This document shows positions 36,701-57,374 of a DNA stretch of 64,000 bases, piece by piece. The notes under the pieces are model-generated. The model made no database searches. It saw nothing but the letters and a program-made list of their open reading frames with translations, and was not told the DNA's origin. Made by a program: the position numbers and the translations under genes. Source of the DNA: Macrostomum hystrix (lineage: Eukaryota > Animalia > Platyhelminthes). The stretch lies in contig CATNEN010000029.1 of NCBI GenBank assembly GCA_950097015.1, positions 2,480,001 to 2,544,000 of the forward strand, given 5' to 3'. Within the stretch, counting starts at the first letter, position 1. The number at the start of each line of letters is the position of its first letter.

Positions 36701-37509
36701 CGACGTCGCCATCTTACAGTCCGACATCACCGTCGTACAGTCCGACATCACCATCGTACAGTCCGACGTCGCCATCTTACAGCCCGACCTCGCCATCTTA
36801 CAGTCCAACATCGCCGTCTTACAGTCCGACGTCGCCATCCTACAGTCCGACGTCGCCTGCTTACAGTCCGACGTCACCGTCTTATAGTCCGACATCGCCG
36901 ACTTACAGTCCAACTTCGCCGACTTATAGTCCGACGTCGCCGACGTACAGTCCAACTTCGCCGACTTACAGTCCAACATCGCCTACGTACAGTCCGACGT
37001 CACCGACGTATAGTCCGACGTCACCGACGTACAGTCCGACATCACCGACGTACAGTCCGACGTCGCCTACTTACAGTCCAACATCGCCTACGTACAGCCC
37101 GACGTCGCCTTCGTATAGCCCTACGTCACCGACCTACAGTCCTACGTCGCCAACTTATAGCCCAACGTCGCCGACCTACAGCCCAACTTCGCCGACCTAC
37201 AGTCCGACATCGCCGACTTATAGCCCAACGTCACCGACGTATAGTCCGACGTCACCGACGTACAGTCCAACATCACCAACGTATAGTCCGACGTCGCCGA
37301 CGTACAGTCCGACATCACCAACGTATAGTCCCACGTCGCCGACGTACAGTCCAACATCACCGACTTATAGCCCCACGTCACCGACGTACAGTCCTACATC
37401 ACCGACCTACAGCCCTACGTCGCCAACCTACAGTCCTACGTCGCCGACCTACAGTCCGTCTTCGCCGACGTACCGTGACAACCAGCAGAATGAACCCGAA
37501 GATGATTAA
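27767..37509 (+). CDS. POLR2A: RNA polymerase II largest subunit, about 1940 aa after correcting two +1 frameshifts
   Basis: Exons 27767-27853, 31000-31533, 31614-32427, 32554-33616, 33948-35504, 35740-37509. Motifs [31 protein letters not shown] and the YSPTSPS/T CTD. One extra base at 31677-31679 and one at 34786-34787. Confidence 0.98.
35536..35612 (+). mobile_element. tRNA-like SINE head or tRNA pseudogene in RPB1 intron 5
   Basis: A-box-like TGGCAGAGCTGGTT and B-box-like GAGCTCGATTCC with tRNA spacing, but the acceptor stem does not pair. Confidence 0.65.
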
Positions 37510-38430
37510 GGACAATTAATAGTGACGCAAACCTGAACATCTATGTTTTTCTGCAAACTGCAGTCTGCAAATAACGCCAGTTCACTATTCACCTTAGTGT
37601 AATCTTTTTTGCGTGTTACCTTGTTTTCTATTTCGTATTCCTACTTTAAGTAATATTGAGCGCGTATCGTTTCATACTCGTGCTTAAGTAATATAGTTGT
37701 ATTTTTATCGCCATTGAGCGCTAAATTAACATTAAGCTGCAATCAATATCACAAGCGGTTGTCCAAGAGATAGGTTAGTTTTCACGCATTCAATAAGTAT
37801 TTATTTGTGTTTATAATCATAGTAAAACACTAGACTTAGCCTTTCTATAAATCAAGGACAACCTGCTATTATATTTTATGGCTGAAGTAATAGGAAAATT
37901 TCGTAAAAATGGTATAAAAAACTAGCAAAATTTCTATTAAAACAAGGCGTCATTTGTTATTTTGTGTTCGTTTTCTTAGAGAACCCGTTCCGGTTTCCTT
38001 GAAAGTGCTTGCTTAGCGAGCACCCCCCTTTCTAAGCGTAGGTCATTGGCGTGTCTCTTGTGTAAGCGTAGCATTTTTTGTCGATTTATCTCCGCTTCAT
38101 TGGTTTTATTTTTTTGTTGTTTAATAAAAAATTGTTTTTCTTCATTTTACTAAGGGCTCTTAATTTTAACAAAATTATAATACCGCTTGTTAATCCGAGA
38201 GGAGAGAAACCACCACTCACTAATGATTCTTACCTTGACATAGAACAGGAAAACAACTTTTTAATATGTGTCTAATGTAGCATCCACGACGAGTTGAAAT
38301 AAAAATACACAATTTGCATCAATTAATTGATGCGAGGCGTCCTTATAATTAGCGTTTGCGAATTTGCGTCATTCTTCGTCATACAAACGAATAATAAGAA
38401 ATGCAAAAAGCTTTCATTCTTCGTTTTGCT

Positions 38431-39442
38431 GTATTGTGGATAGAACTGTCTGTCAGTGCCATCTTGGTGTATTGTGGATAGAACTGTATGTCAGTGCCAT
38501 CTTGGTGTATTGTGGATAGAACTGTATGTCAGTGCCATCTTGGTGTATTGTGGGTAGAACTGTCTGTCAGTGCCATCTTGGTGTACTGTGGATAGAACTG
38601 TATGTCAGTGCCATCTTGGTGTATTGTGGATAGAACTGTATGCCAGTGCCATCTTGGTGTATTGTGGATAGAACTGTATGTCAGTGCCATCTTGGTGTAT
38701 TGTGGATAGAACTGTATGCCAGTGCCATCTTGGTGTATTGTGGATAGAACTGTATGTCAGTGCCATCTTGGTGTATTGTGGGTAGAACTGTCTGTCAGTG
38801 CCATCTTGGTGTATTGTGGATAGAACTGTCTGTCAGTGCCATCTTGGTGTATTGTGGATAGAACTGTATGTCAGTGCCATCTTGGTGTATTGTGGATAGA
38901 ACTGTCTGTCAGTGCCATCTTGGTGTATTGTGGATAGAACTGTATGTCAGTGCCATCTTGGTGTATTGTGGATAGAACTGTATGCCAGTGCCATCTTGGT
39001 GTATTGTGGATAGAACTGTATGTCAGTGCCATCTTGGTGTATTGTGGGTAGAACTGTCTGTCAGTGCCATCTTGGTGTATTGTGGATAGAACTGTATGTC
39101 AGTGCCATCTTGGTGTATTGTGGATAGAACTGTCTGTCAGTGCCATCTTGGTGTATTGTGGATAGAACTGTATGTCAGTGCCATCTTGGTGTATTGTGGA
39201 TAGAACTGTATGTCAGTGCCATCTTGGTGTATTGTGGATAGAACTGTATGTCAGTGCCATCTTGGTGTATTGTGGATAGAACTGTATGTCAGTGCCATCT
39301 TGGTGTATTGTGGATAGAACTGTATGTCAGTGCCATCTTGGTGTATTGTGGATAGAACTGTATGTCAGTGCCATCTTGGTGTATTGTGGATAGAACTGTA
39401 TGTCAGTGCCATCTTGGTGTATTGTGGGTAGAACTGTCAGTG
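38431..39442. repeat. 38-bp minisatellite (GTGTATTGTGGATAGAACTGTATGTCAGTGCCATCTTG)n
   Basis: About 26 highly similar units with no unique spacers. Confidence 0.97.
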
Positions 39443-39922
39443 TGATATTTTTTATCGTGGATAGAACTTTCAATGGTAGGTTAAGAGAGGTATGTTAAGT
39501 TTAATAAATAAAGTACATTCTCATGTACTGTGGTAGGTACGTATGTTACTAGCACTTACGAAGTATATAAAACTCCAATTTGTTTGGGGCATTCGGTTAA
39601 CAGCTCAGTTTAAAATGAGAAACAAGCAAAGCGCTTAGTAATTTTCTTGTATATAAGATTTCGAACTGCTTTGGAAATAGTTCGATCGAGTCAAGTGTAC
39701 TTTTAAGTCAGACCTAAGCTGCAGTTAGTTTTATTTGGGCATCAAAAATAACAAGATTTGTTTTATTACACTGAAGGGCGGCAGTCCAGCATGAGAGGGA
39801 CTGCAAGGCTGGGACATTGTGGCAGCTTGCACAGCTTGAAGAAACTAAGATTTCGTCTTGTCGCCTGGCATTTAGCTTCAGTTCTGATGCAGCTAGTTCC
39901 GTCCTACTTGACTTTTCTTAAA

Positions 39923-41128
39923 TCTTGCTGGACTATTCTACCATCTTGCAGGACTATTCTACCATCTTGTGGACTATTCTACCATCTTGCTGGACTATTC
40001 TACCATCTTGCTGGACTATTCTACCATCTTGCTGGACTATTCTACCATCTTGGTGGACTATTCTACCATCTTGCTGGACTATTCTACCATCTTGCTGGAC
40101 TATTCTACCATCTTGCTGGACTATTCTACCATCTTGCTGGACTATTCTACCATCTTGCAGGACTATTCTACCATCCTGCTGGACTATTCTACCATCTTGC
40201 TGGACTATTCTACCATCTTGAAGGACTATTCTACCATCTTGCAGGACTATTCTACCATTTTGCAGGACTATTCTACCATCTTGCTGGACTATTCTACCAT
40301 CTTGCAGGACTATTCTACCATCTTGCTGGACTATTCTACCATCTTGCAGGACTATTCTACCATCCTGCTGGACTATTCTACCATCTTGCTGGACTATTCT
40401 ACCATCTTGCTGGACTATTCTACCATCTTGGTGGACTATTCTAACATCCTGCTGGACTATTCTACCATCTTGCTGGACTATTCTACCATCTTGCTGGACT
40501 ATTCTACCATCTTGCAGGACTATTCTACCATCCTGCTGGACTATTCTACCATCTTGCTGGACTATTCTACCATCTTGGTGGACTATTCTACCATCTTGCT
40601 GGACTATTCTACCATCTTGGTGGACTATTCTACCATCTTGGTGGACTATTCTACCATCTTGCTGGACTATTCTACCATCTTGCTGGACTATTCTACCATC
40701 TTGCTGGACTATTCTACCATCTTGCAGGACTATTCTACCATCCTGCTGGACTATTCTACCATCTTGCTGGACTATTCTACCATCTTGCTGGACTATTCTA
40801 CCATCTTGCAGGACTATTCTACCATCTTGCTGGACTATTCTACCATCTTGCTGGACTATTCTACCATCTTGCAGGACTATTCTACCATCTTGCTGGACTA
40901 TTCTACCATCTTGCAGGACTATTCTACCATCCTGCTGGACTATTCTACCATCTTGCTGGACTATTCTACCATCTTGCAGGACTATTCTACCATCTTGCAG
41001 GACTATTCTACCATCTTGCAGGACTATTCTACCATCTTGCTGGACTATTCTACCATCTTGCTGGACTATTCTACCATCTTGCTGGACTATTCTACCATCT
41101 TGCTGGACTGTTCTACCATCTTGCTTGA
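39923..41128. repeat. 21-bp minisatellite (GGACTATTCTACCATCTTGCT)n
   Basis: About 57 units. Explains the QDGRIVQ, DYSTILL and GLFYHLA ORFs. Confidence 0.97.
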
Positions 41129-42039
41129 TCATTATACCCATCTATGTTCTTCTGAACTTCTTTAACGTAAAGTGGGCTTAATGTTAGGTCTGCATAGAAC
41201 GTTTTACAGCTACAGTTTTGATAGAGTCAGAGAAATAATATTGTTTTACACCGACTGCAACAAATTGGGCCAAAATAAACAATGAACAAATAAAATATTC
41301 TTTTAAAATAAACACGCACAAAAGCCTCTTGACCTGAAAAATAACTAAGGAGGTTATAGTGTGTCTATGTGAGTTTAAATTCTGCGTACATGTACTACTA
41401 GATGCGTTGAATACGGGAATATACGATCGTACGATGGATTTATTGCAGCATTGCAATCGATTACAACAAGAACAAAGTTGGGGAGGCCACACTATAGAAA
41501 CCAAATCTGTGAAGTAGGCGGTGATTGTGTCGGAAGCATTTGTACAAATATTTCTCAGCCGATTTGCTCATGAATTAGTTTCACGCTTCTACCCCTTTGT
41601 TGCTAGAATGTTGAAAGTTGTGATTAGTAGACAAAACAGTTTAAGTAGACAAATTTGCGGCATCGAATTCAGACAGGCAAAGGACTAGGAGTATTAAGTA
41701 GTAGGGACTATAGGATGTGGTCCGGTGACCACTAGTAGACAGTGCTTTCATTAAGCCATAAAATATTTTAGCAGTCACAAAAACAAGGACAAGGGACAAA
41801 ATTATTTTGCATGTATAAAATCTGGCCGGGTGGGCCTTGATTAAACGAGCAAAAAATAAGCATTCGAAATTTTTAATTCGTGGATTAAGTCATCATTTAT
41901 TAGTTTCTGAGATTCAGCTCGTCTTAGTCGCATGCGCACATGCACAAAACAAATGTGAAATGTGACTACTCAATCAGAGGAACCCGGCCGATCAGCTCAG
42001 GTGCAAACCGCCTTCATTTTTAGTGGAGAGTATGGTTGT

Positions 42040-42230
42040 TGCTATTTTTAGAAAATAGATTTTCTGATTGAATTTTGGTCGTTTCGGTTGTTGCTATTTC
42101 TAGAAATATCGATTTTCTTATTGAATTTTGGTCGTTTCGGTTGTTGCTATTTTTAGAAATATCGATTTTCTTATTGAATTTTGGTCGTTTCGGTTGTTGC
42201 TATTTTTAGAAAAATCGATTTTCTTATCTT
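42040..42230. repeat. ~53-bp tandem repeat, about 3.5 copies
   Basis: TTGAATTTTGGTCGTTTCGGTTGTTGCTATTTTTAGAAATATCGATTTTCTTA repeated. Confidence 0.85.
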
Positions 42231-42390
42231 CTTATTTGAGGTCTGATCTAAGCACGTGACCGAACTGAGCCAATGAAAAAAATTGAAGACCAATATCCAC
42301 CAAGCCTCTTAGCCGAGCCCGTCTATTTAACGCGTTCTTGTTTTAGTATAGAATGAGGCTGACGGGAGGCGCTGATGCGGGAATCCTACA

Positions 42391-50502
<8,112 letters not shown>

Positions 50503-52132
50503 GCCTTGCAGCCCTGTGCCAGAGTCTGTTGCTTAATAGGCCGACCGACCCAACCCTCTGGGGACTGGCGGTGATTGCTTGCGCTTTTTTCAAACCCCTT
50601 TAAGTGGGGCTAGAGAAAAGTTTAGGAAGTGTTCTTTTCCCTCGGTGCAATAGCTTCACAACTGGTGGAGTCGCCCAAGATTTCTCTCGTCTGTCAGAAC
50701 AGCATTCTTTCACAGCTTGGAAGGCGATGGACTTGCCGGATGGGCCGAGGGTCGAAGGGAAGCCGAATTTCTGGGAGATTTGAGGGAGAAACGGGAGAGA
50801 GAGGACAAAAGAGCGAAAGCGAATGAGCGCTCAGAGGCCAATGGTCAAGCGACTTCGCTTCCCTGGGGGGTCTGTCTGGTCGCAGGATTTGAACGGTTTT
50901 TCTTTCTCCTTGCCGGCCTTCACCCTGGGACTGCTCCTAATCTAATTCGCTCCTTTTCTCTTTCCTTCTCTTCTTAAGCTTGTTAACCAAATCAGACTCA
51001 GATCCGTTATATAGAGCCTCTTACTATAGCCGGGACTCGGACAATCTCGGCATTCTCCCACACTTTTAAATCCCATTTCCCTTGGCGGCGCTGTACACTT
51101 GTGCAACTCCTGCTTTCGCGGCACTCCAGTACCCCCCACTGGAGTGCCGCACACCCGCCCTGCCCCGTCCGCCTCGTCAGCCGCCGCACCCTCCACTTGC
51201 TGACGTCCGCAGCAGTAGCTAGAGGGGGGCGGGGGCGGGCTGCTGCAGACGACGGATTGGCCCACTGGCGCCTGTCACGGACGGACTGGGCAGGGGTATC
51301 TCCCCTCACCACAGCTTGAACATCCATCCTGCAGTCTTCACACGAGTTGCACCAACCGGGCCTGACCAACTGAACTGGATGTGAGGCGGGGTCGGCTCCC
51401 CTGCTCCAACAGACTCGCTTGCCTCTGCGCCTCCCCTAACCCTTTCCCTCCTCCAAGTTCCCAACCCCTCAGTGTCGAAGAAGATTTCCAACAGAACAGA
51501 CCATATCCAGAGAAAGGCTTGGATCCGGGGCTGGTTCGACCAGAGGGATAAAATGAGAGAGGGAGGAGGGCGCGGGGCCGGCTTAGCAACCCCCTGCCTT
51601 CACTGGTCCCCTCCCTGTCAGTTAGTTTCTCGCCGCTTTCCAGCAGGGCGTCTCTCTCTCTTGCTTCGATTCAACATGAATGACCAAATGAAGGCAGCTC
51701 GTAAGGGCGTAATGGGACAGTAGAATTAGTCTACTGTTGCTTTCTATCTGTTTTTGGTACTCTATTCGCTATTGCACTCGATTTCCAAAGCGATTGAATT
51801 GGGGGAGGAATTTAATCCTGTCTATTCTTCGCCACAATGGAAGAAAAAGTAGCTAGCGACTTTCTCCACGGCTTGAGCTTGAGCTATCTTACTCAGCGGG
51901 AGAACTCAGCACTCTCAGCACTCAGCAATCTGTCGTTCAATAGCATACGGAGAGGCGGCTTTAGATAATCCGCTCTATAATACTTCTGGGCTAGATTATC
52001 ACAATTTTCTTCTCTTTCAGCACTTGACTTCAAGAATTCAAACTTGGCTTGCAATCATTGTTTCAGATTGTAGTTCTGCTAACGACAGCGAAAAATTTAT
52101 TGCAATACTCTTCCATGTCACTGGCAGTGAAA

Positions 52133-52668
52133 TGGAGAGACAGAGAGACAGAGAGACAGGCAGAGAGAAGGAGAGACAGGCAGAGAGAAGGAGAGACAGA
52201 CAGAAGGAGAGACAGGCAGGGAGAAGGAGAGACAGTCAGAGAGAAGGGGAGAGACAAGAGAGAAGGGGAGAGACAAGAGAGACGGGGAGAGACAAGAGAG
52301 ACGGGGAGAGACAAGAGAGAAGGGGAGAGACAGGAGAGAAGGGGAGAGACAAGAGAGAAGGAGAGACAGACAGAAGGAGAGACAGACAGAGAGAAGGAGA
52401 GACAGACAGTAGGAGAGACAGGCAGGGAGAAGGAGTGACAGTCAGAGAGAAGGGGAGAGACAAGAGAGAAGGGGAGAGACAAGAGAGACGGGGAGAGACA
52501 AGAGAGAAGGGGAGAGACAGGAGAGAAGGGGAGAGACAAGAGAGAAGGAGAGACAGACAGAGAGGAGAGACAGACAGAGAGGAGAGACAGACAGAGAGAA
52601 GGAGAGACAGACAGAAGGAGAGACAGACAGGGAGAAGGAGAGACAGGCAGAGGGAAAGAGAGAGAGAA
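52133..52668. repeat. Compound GA-rich repeat
   Basis: GAGAGACA / GAGAGAAGGG units, almost pure purine on the plus strand. Confidence 0.92.
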
Positions 52669-53475
52669 AGTGAGGCTGTTACTGGAGAACAATTTTACAG
52701 CAATTGTATAAGAAATATTAGTAATATTTCTTAATGAAGCCAGTTATGAAGTTTTAGGCTAGATAAGGCTTTAGGCGCGTGCCACGATACAGTGAGACAA
52801 CACCAAAACAGGATATCTGAACTAAACTCGCCGTCAAACTACCTAGAAAGTATCCAGAGCGTCAACCACTGACGTAGGCTGATACCAAAGCCAAAGTGCT
52901 TCGGGGGAGGGGCAACTGGCGGACAACTGTTTGCCTGCTGCACTGCATCAAATCCCTCCTTATCCCTAATCCAAGCAGCATGATTCCATCCGGCCGGGGT
53001 TTCCGCCCACCGCCCACAGAAACTGAGGCTGCGGTTGTGCACTTTTAAACCTGCCACCTTCCCGCGGCAAGCCGAGGGGCTTCCCTAAATGGGACACGAG
53101 AGAAAAAAAGTTCTTCTATCGCATTTATCGCCGGTGAAGAAGGGACAAAATTGCTTTTTTAGACGAAATCGGTAGGGAGAAGGGTGCACAGGTGAAGCAT
53201 CTGGAGTTGGGATGGAAGGCCTAAATTAAATGAATGAAATCTGGGAATTAAACTCCCACACAATGCCATACAGAATGCCAAACTGAAGCTATTTAAGTCC
53301 TGCTTGTATGGCTTACAACTCTGAATAGGTAAATGGCATGCCAAAGGCTGCCTTCATCGACAGCAGTGGACTCAATGTACTTTTATACTCTGCAATCACT
53401 GCTGCTTGATTGCGCTCTTAAAACCTTATTTAGTCTGTTCTGGTTGACTGTTATGTGTGTGTGTATCTTAGTACG

Positions 53476-54048
53476 TTCAGGGTGTCCTTCAGTCTGTTCA
53501 GGGTGTCCTTCAGTCTGTTCAGGGTGTCCTTCAGTCTGTTCAGGGTGTCCTTCAGTCTGTTCAGGGTGTCCTTCAGTCTGTTCAGGATGTCCTTCAGTCT
53601 GTTCAGGGTATCCTTCAGTCTGTTCAGGGTGTCCTTCAGTCTGTTCAGGGTGTCCTTCAGTCTGTTCAGGGTGTCCTTCAGTCTGTTCAGGGTGTCCTTC
53701 AGTCTGTTCAGGGTGTCATTCAGACTGTTCAGGGTGTCCTTCAGTCTGTTCAGGGTGTCCTTCGGTCTGTTCAGGGTGTCCTTTAGTCTGTTCAGGGTGT
53801 CATTCAGTCTGTTGAGGGTGTCATTCAGTCTGTTCAGGGTGTCATTCAGTCTGTTCAGGGCGTCCTTCAGACTGTTCAGGGTGTCCTTCGGTCTGTTCAG
53901 GGTGCCCTTCAGTCTGTTCAGGGTGTCCTTCGGTCTGTTCAGGGTGTCCTTCAGTCTGTTCAGGGTGTCCTTCAGTCTGTTCAGGGTGTCCTTCAGTCTG
54001 TTCAGGGTGTCCTTCAGTCTGTTCAGGGTGTCATTCAGACTGTTCAGG
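53476..54048. repeat. 21-bp minisatellite (CTGTTCAGGGTGTCCTTCAGT)n
   Basis: About 27 units. Confidence 0.96.
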
Positions 54049-54736
54049 GTCTGTCTCTCTGTCTGTCTGTCTCTGACTACTATTTTTTTAGCCTTGTGCT
54101 CTGTGTCACTCTGTGTGTCTCTAATCGCATAGAAATAGGACCAGCCTTGATTCAGTTCGGGGGCCGGCTCACTGCAATGATTGATTTGTCCGACCATTCT
54201 AGCCAGCACTGCCAAGCCGGAAAAGTTTTCGTCGTAACGAGCAAAGCGTCCCAACGGACACTAAACGGGAAGTTGAGCATGTCCCTTTATTGATTTGCAC
54301 TTTTTCTATTGCGCGCAGTCTTCTACTCAACGATTGCTATCTTCAAAGTGAGTTGCAATTCATTAGCGCGAGGGACCATCGTTCAACCGGCCCTTGCAAG
54401 CAAGCAACGATAATGATGGCAATGACGCTAATTGAAGGATGAATTTTACATCTATGCTCGAAGCTTTTTAAAAGTAATATTTTTCTAGTTTTTTTATAGA
54501 CACAAAACGACAGGATTATTTTTACTTGACTACTCGTATATAGTAGTGTCAATCGGTTTTCTAAGTCTGAAGGTTTTTGAACAAAAAATTCACGCGTGTC
54601 CCGCTATTTCACTGCAATATTTCTTGTTTAGAAAAGAACATTTTCGCAATTTAAATTGCTTCAATCTGGGACCTAGTGATATAAATAGGGCAAAAACTCG
54701 ACTTCACAATTTTGTAGCCAGCTGGGCAAGAGGCTA

Positions 54737-56016
54737 GCAGACTCGCTTTGGGGGCTAGCAGGCTGGAGTTTGGGGGCTAGCAGACTGGGGTTGGGGGCTA
54801 GCAGACTGGGGTTGGGGGCTAGCAGACTAGGGTTGGGGGCTAGCAGACTAGGGTTGGGGGCTAGCAGACTGGGGTTGGGGGCTAGCAGTCTGGGGTTGGG
54901 GGGCTAGCAGACTGGGGTTGGGGGGCTAGCAGACTGGGGTTGGGGGCTAGCAGTCTGAGGTTGGGGGGCTAGCAGACTGGGGTTGGGGGGCTAGCAGGCT
55001 GGGGTTTGGGGGCTAGCAGACTGGGGTTGGGGGCTAGCAGTCTGGGGTTGGGGGGCTAGCAGACTGGGGTTGGGGGGCTAGCAGACTGGGGTTGGGGGCT
55101 AGCAGACTGGGGGCTAGCAGACTGGGGGCTAGCAGACTGGGGGCTAGCAGGCTGGGTTGGGGGGCTAGCAGACTGGGGGCTAGCAGACTGGGGGCTAGCA
55201 GACTGGGGGCTAGCAGACTGGGGGCTAGCAGACTGGGGGCTAGCAGACTGGGGGCTAGCAGACTGGGGGCTAGCAGGCTGGGTTGGAGGCAAACAGACTG
55301 GGGTTGGGGGCAGGCTGGGATTGGGGGCTAGCCGAATGGGGTTGGGGGCTAGCAGGCTTTGGTTGGAGGGCTAGCTGACTGGGAGCTAGCAGGCTGGGGT
55401 TGGGGGCTAGCAGATTGGGGGCTAGCAGGCTGGGGTTGGGGGCTAGCAGACTGGGGGCTAGCAGGCTGGGATTGGGGGCTAGCAGACTGGGGGCTAGCAG
55501 GCTGGGATTGGGGGCTAGCAGACTGGGGACTAGCAGGCTGGGGTTGGGGGGCTAGCAGACTGGGGGCTAGCAGACTGGGGGCTAGCAGGCTGGGTTGGGG
55601 GGCTTGCAGACTGGGGCTAGCAGGCTGGGGTTGGAGGCAAACAGACTGGGGTTGGGGTCAGGCTGGGATTGGGGGCTAGCCGAATGGGGTTGGGGGCTAG
55701 CAGGCTTTGGTTGGAGGGCTAGCTGACTGGGAGCTAGCAGGCTGGGGTTGGGGGCTAGCAGATTGGGGGCTAGCAGGCTGGGGTTGGGGGCTAGCAGATT
55801 GGGGGCTAGCAGGCTGGGGTTGGGGGCTAGCAGACTGGGGGCTAGCAGACTGGCTTTGGGGGCTAGCAGATTGGGGGCTAGCAGGCTGGTGTTGGGGGCT
55901 AGCAGACTGGGGGCTAGCAGACTGGCTTTGGGGGCTAGCAGATTGGGGGCTAGCAGGCTGGGATTGGGGGCTAGCAGACTGGGGACTAGCAGGCTGGGGT
56001 TGGGGGCTTGCAGGCT
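54737..56016. repeat. G-rich minisatellite with GCTAGCAG core and G4-G6 runs
   Basis: Units such as GGGGGCTAGCAGACTGGGGTT and GGGGGCTAGCAGACT, with an internal block duplicated. Confidence 0.94.
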
Positions 56017-57374
56017 GTGAGGTTAGCACATTAATTGGCAGAAGTCAGTGTTTGCTAACCAGCAAGTTTTCCTTCTGCCCGGATGTTCTGTCAACTGTCA
56101 GTGGCATTGCTCCCCACCCGCCCAAATTCTTGCTTTAGTCCGCGGGATGCACCGTTGGTTAATCTTTGCGGCTACTAGCTAGCTGGAAAATCCTCCATCC
56201 CCTCGCGCTGCCGACGCGGCTCCTCAACGGCGTGCCAGAGCGCGGCCCCGCCTCCCTGCCTCCGGGGCATTCACTGCCCATGGCTTGCTCTGCAGCATTT
56301 TGTGCTCTAAGCGCGCCGGGACTGCCTTGCGGTGGGGAAGTTAATTAAGAATTCATAAGCAGAAGGAAATAAAGAGGGAGAGGCAGAGAGAGGGGGGAGG
56401 TGGGGGAACATCGGCAGGCCTGCTGCGGTGAAGTGTGTGAGTGTGTGCGTGTGTGAGGGATGAATTAGAGGGCCTGAGGACTGTGTATTTTCCAGGTTAG
56501 TATAGACATAGATACACAATGCGATGAGCGACACACGCAGTGCAGATGGTTTTTAGCTCCATATTGTCTCATCATTTGTTCGCTAGCTAGACAATAATAT
56601 TATTATTAGTTCTAATTTTTCGATCACATAAGTCCAAGTGAGTCCCATTTTTGAGCCCCTGACCGGTGTCGAAGCGCAAGGTAGCCGGTGGGGATGTTAG
56701 GGTTGGCCCAGCATTTTTCCCATCTACGAATATTATAGTACCGTCGAGCCGGGTGTATCTAGCTATCAATAATTTACGCTACTGAAGTCAATCAGCCATC
56801 TCTATCTCTCTCCATCTCTCTCTCGGGCTGTCTGCTGCTTTTAAACAGCCTTCTTCGGCGGTGCCATTGCGCCGGGAATCCATCTCCCGGACTACCCCCA
56901 CCCCCGACTTTATCCGCCGCGTCACGCCCCTCCCGCCTAAGAAACGAAGGCACGAAGGCGGGCAAAAGGCGTGCTTCGCTTCGATATTCCTCAGCTTCTG
57001 TTGTTACGGTCGTCTTTCTTATTACTTTCTTCTTCTGTTGTTCGTAAGGGAGGGGTCCGGGCGGGTAGCGGAGGGGTTGCACACGCTTTTGCAAATTACT
57101 GGCGAGATTTTCTGCCGCTGCCAAGGCGTCCTCCGCTTCTCTTGATCCATGACAACATGTCAGTCAGCTGCTGCTGCTGCTGCTGCTGTCACAAATACTG
57201 CTGCTGTCACGCCCTCAAATTTCCCCCTCCCTGTGTCCATTGCAGTGCCGCAGGCACTGTTCCCCGCCAAAATCTCCAGCAAGTATTCGACTAGAACAGC
57301 AACTAGCAATCGAACCTGTACAGCAATCTAACTCAAAGGAACCAGTCTCAACTTACGCTGGCGGCTTTGCAGTT

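Noticed and set aside
19845-37519. Antisense and alternate-frame ORFs over the LINE and RPB1 (e.g. 36329..37519)
   Set aside because: They are shadows of GC-rich codon usage and of the 21-bp CTD periodicity.
38431-39442. CRISPR-like array (38-bp repeats)
   Set aside because: Units are head-to-tail with no unique spacers, there are no cas genes, and the context is eukaryotic. The same applies to the 39-bp array.
39758-41165. Long repeat proteins (QDGRIVQ, DYSTILL, GLFYHLA)
   Set aside because: Several frames on both strands are open simply because of the 21-bp unit.
53451-54254. 267-aa coiled-coil-like (LNRLKDT)n protein
   Set aside because: It is a translation of a 21-bp minisatellite with a TTG start and no splice or homology support. 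Any stop-free 21-bp unit gives heptads.
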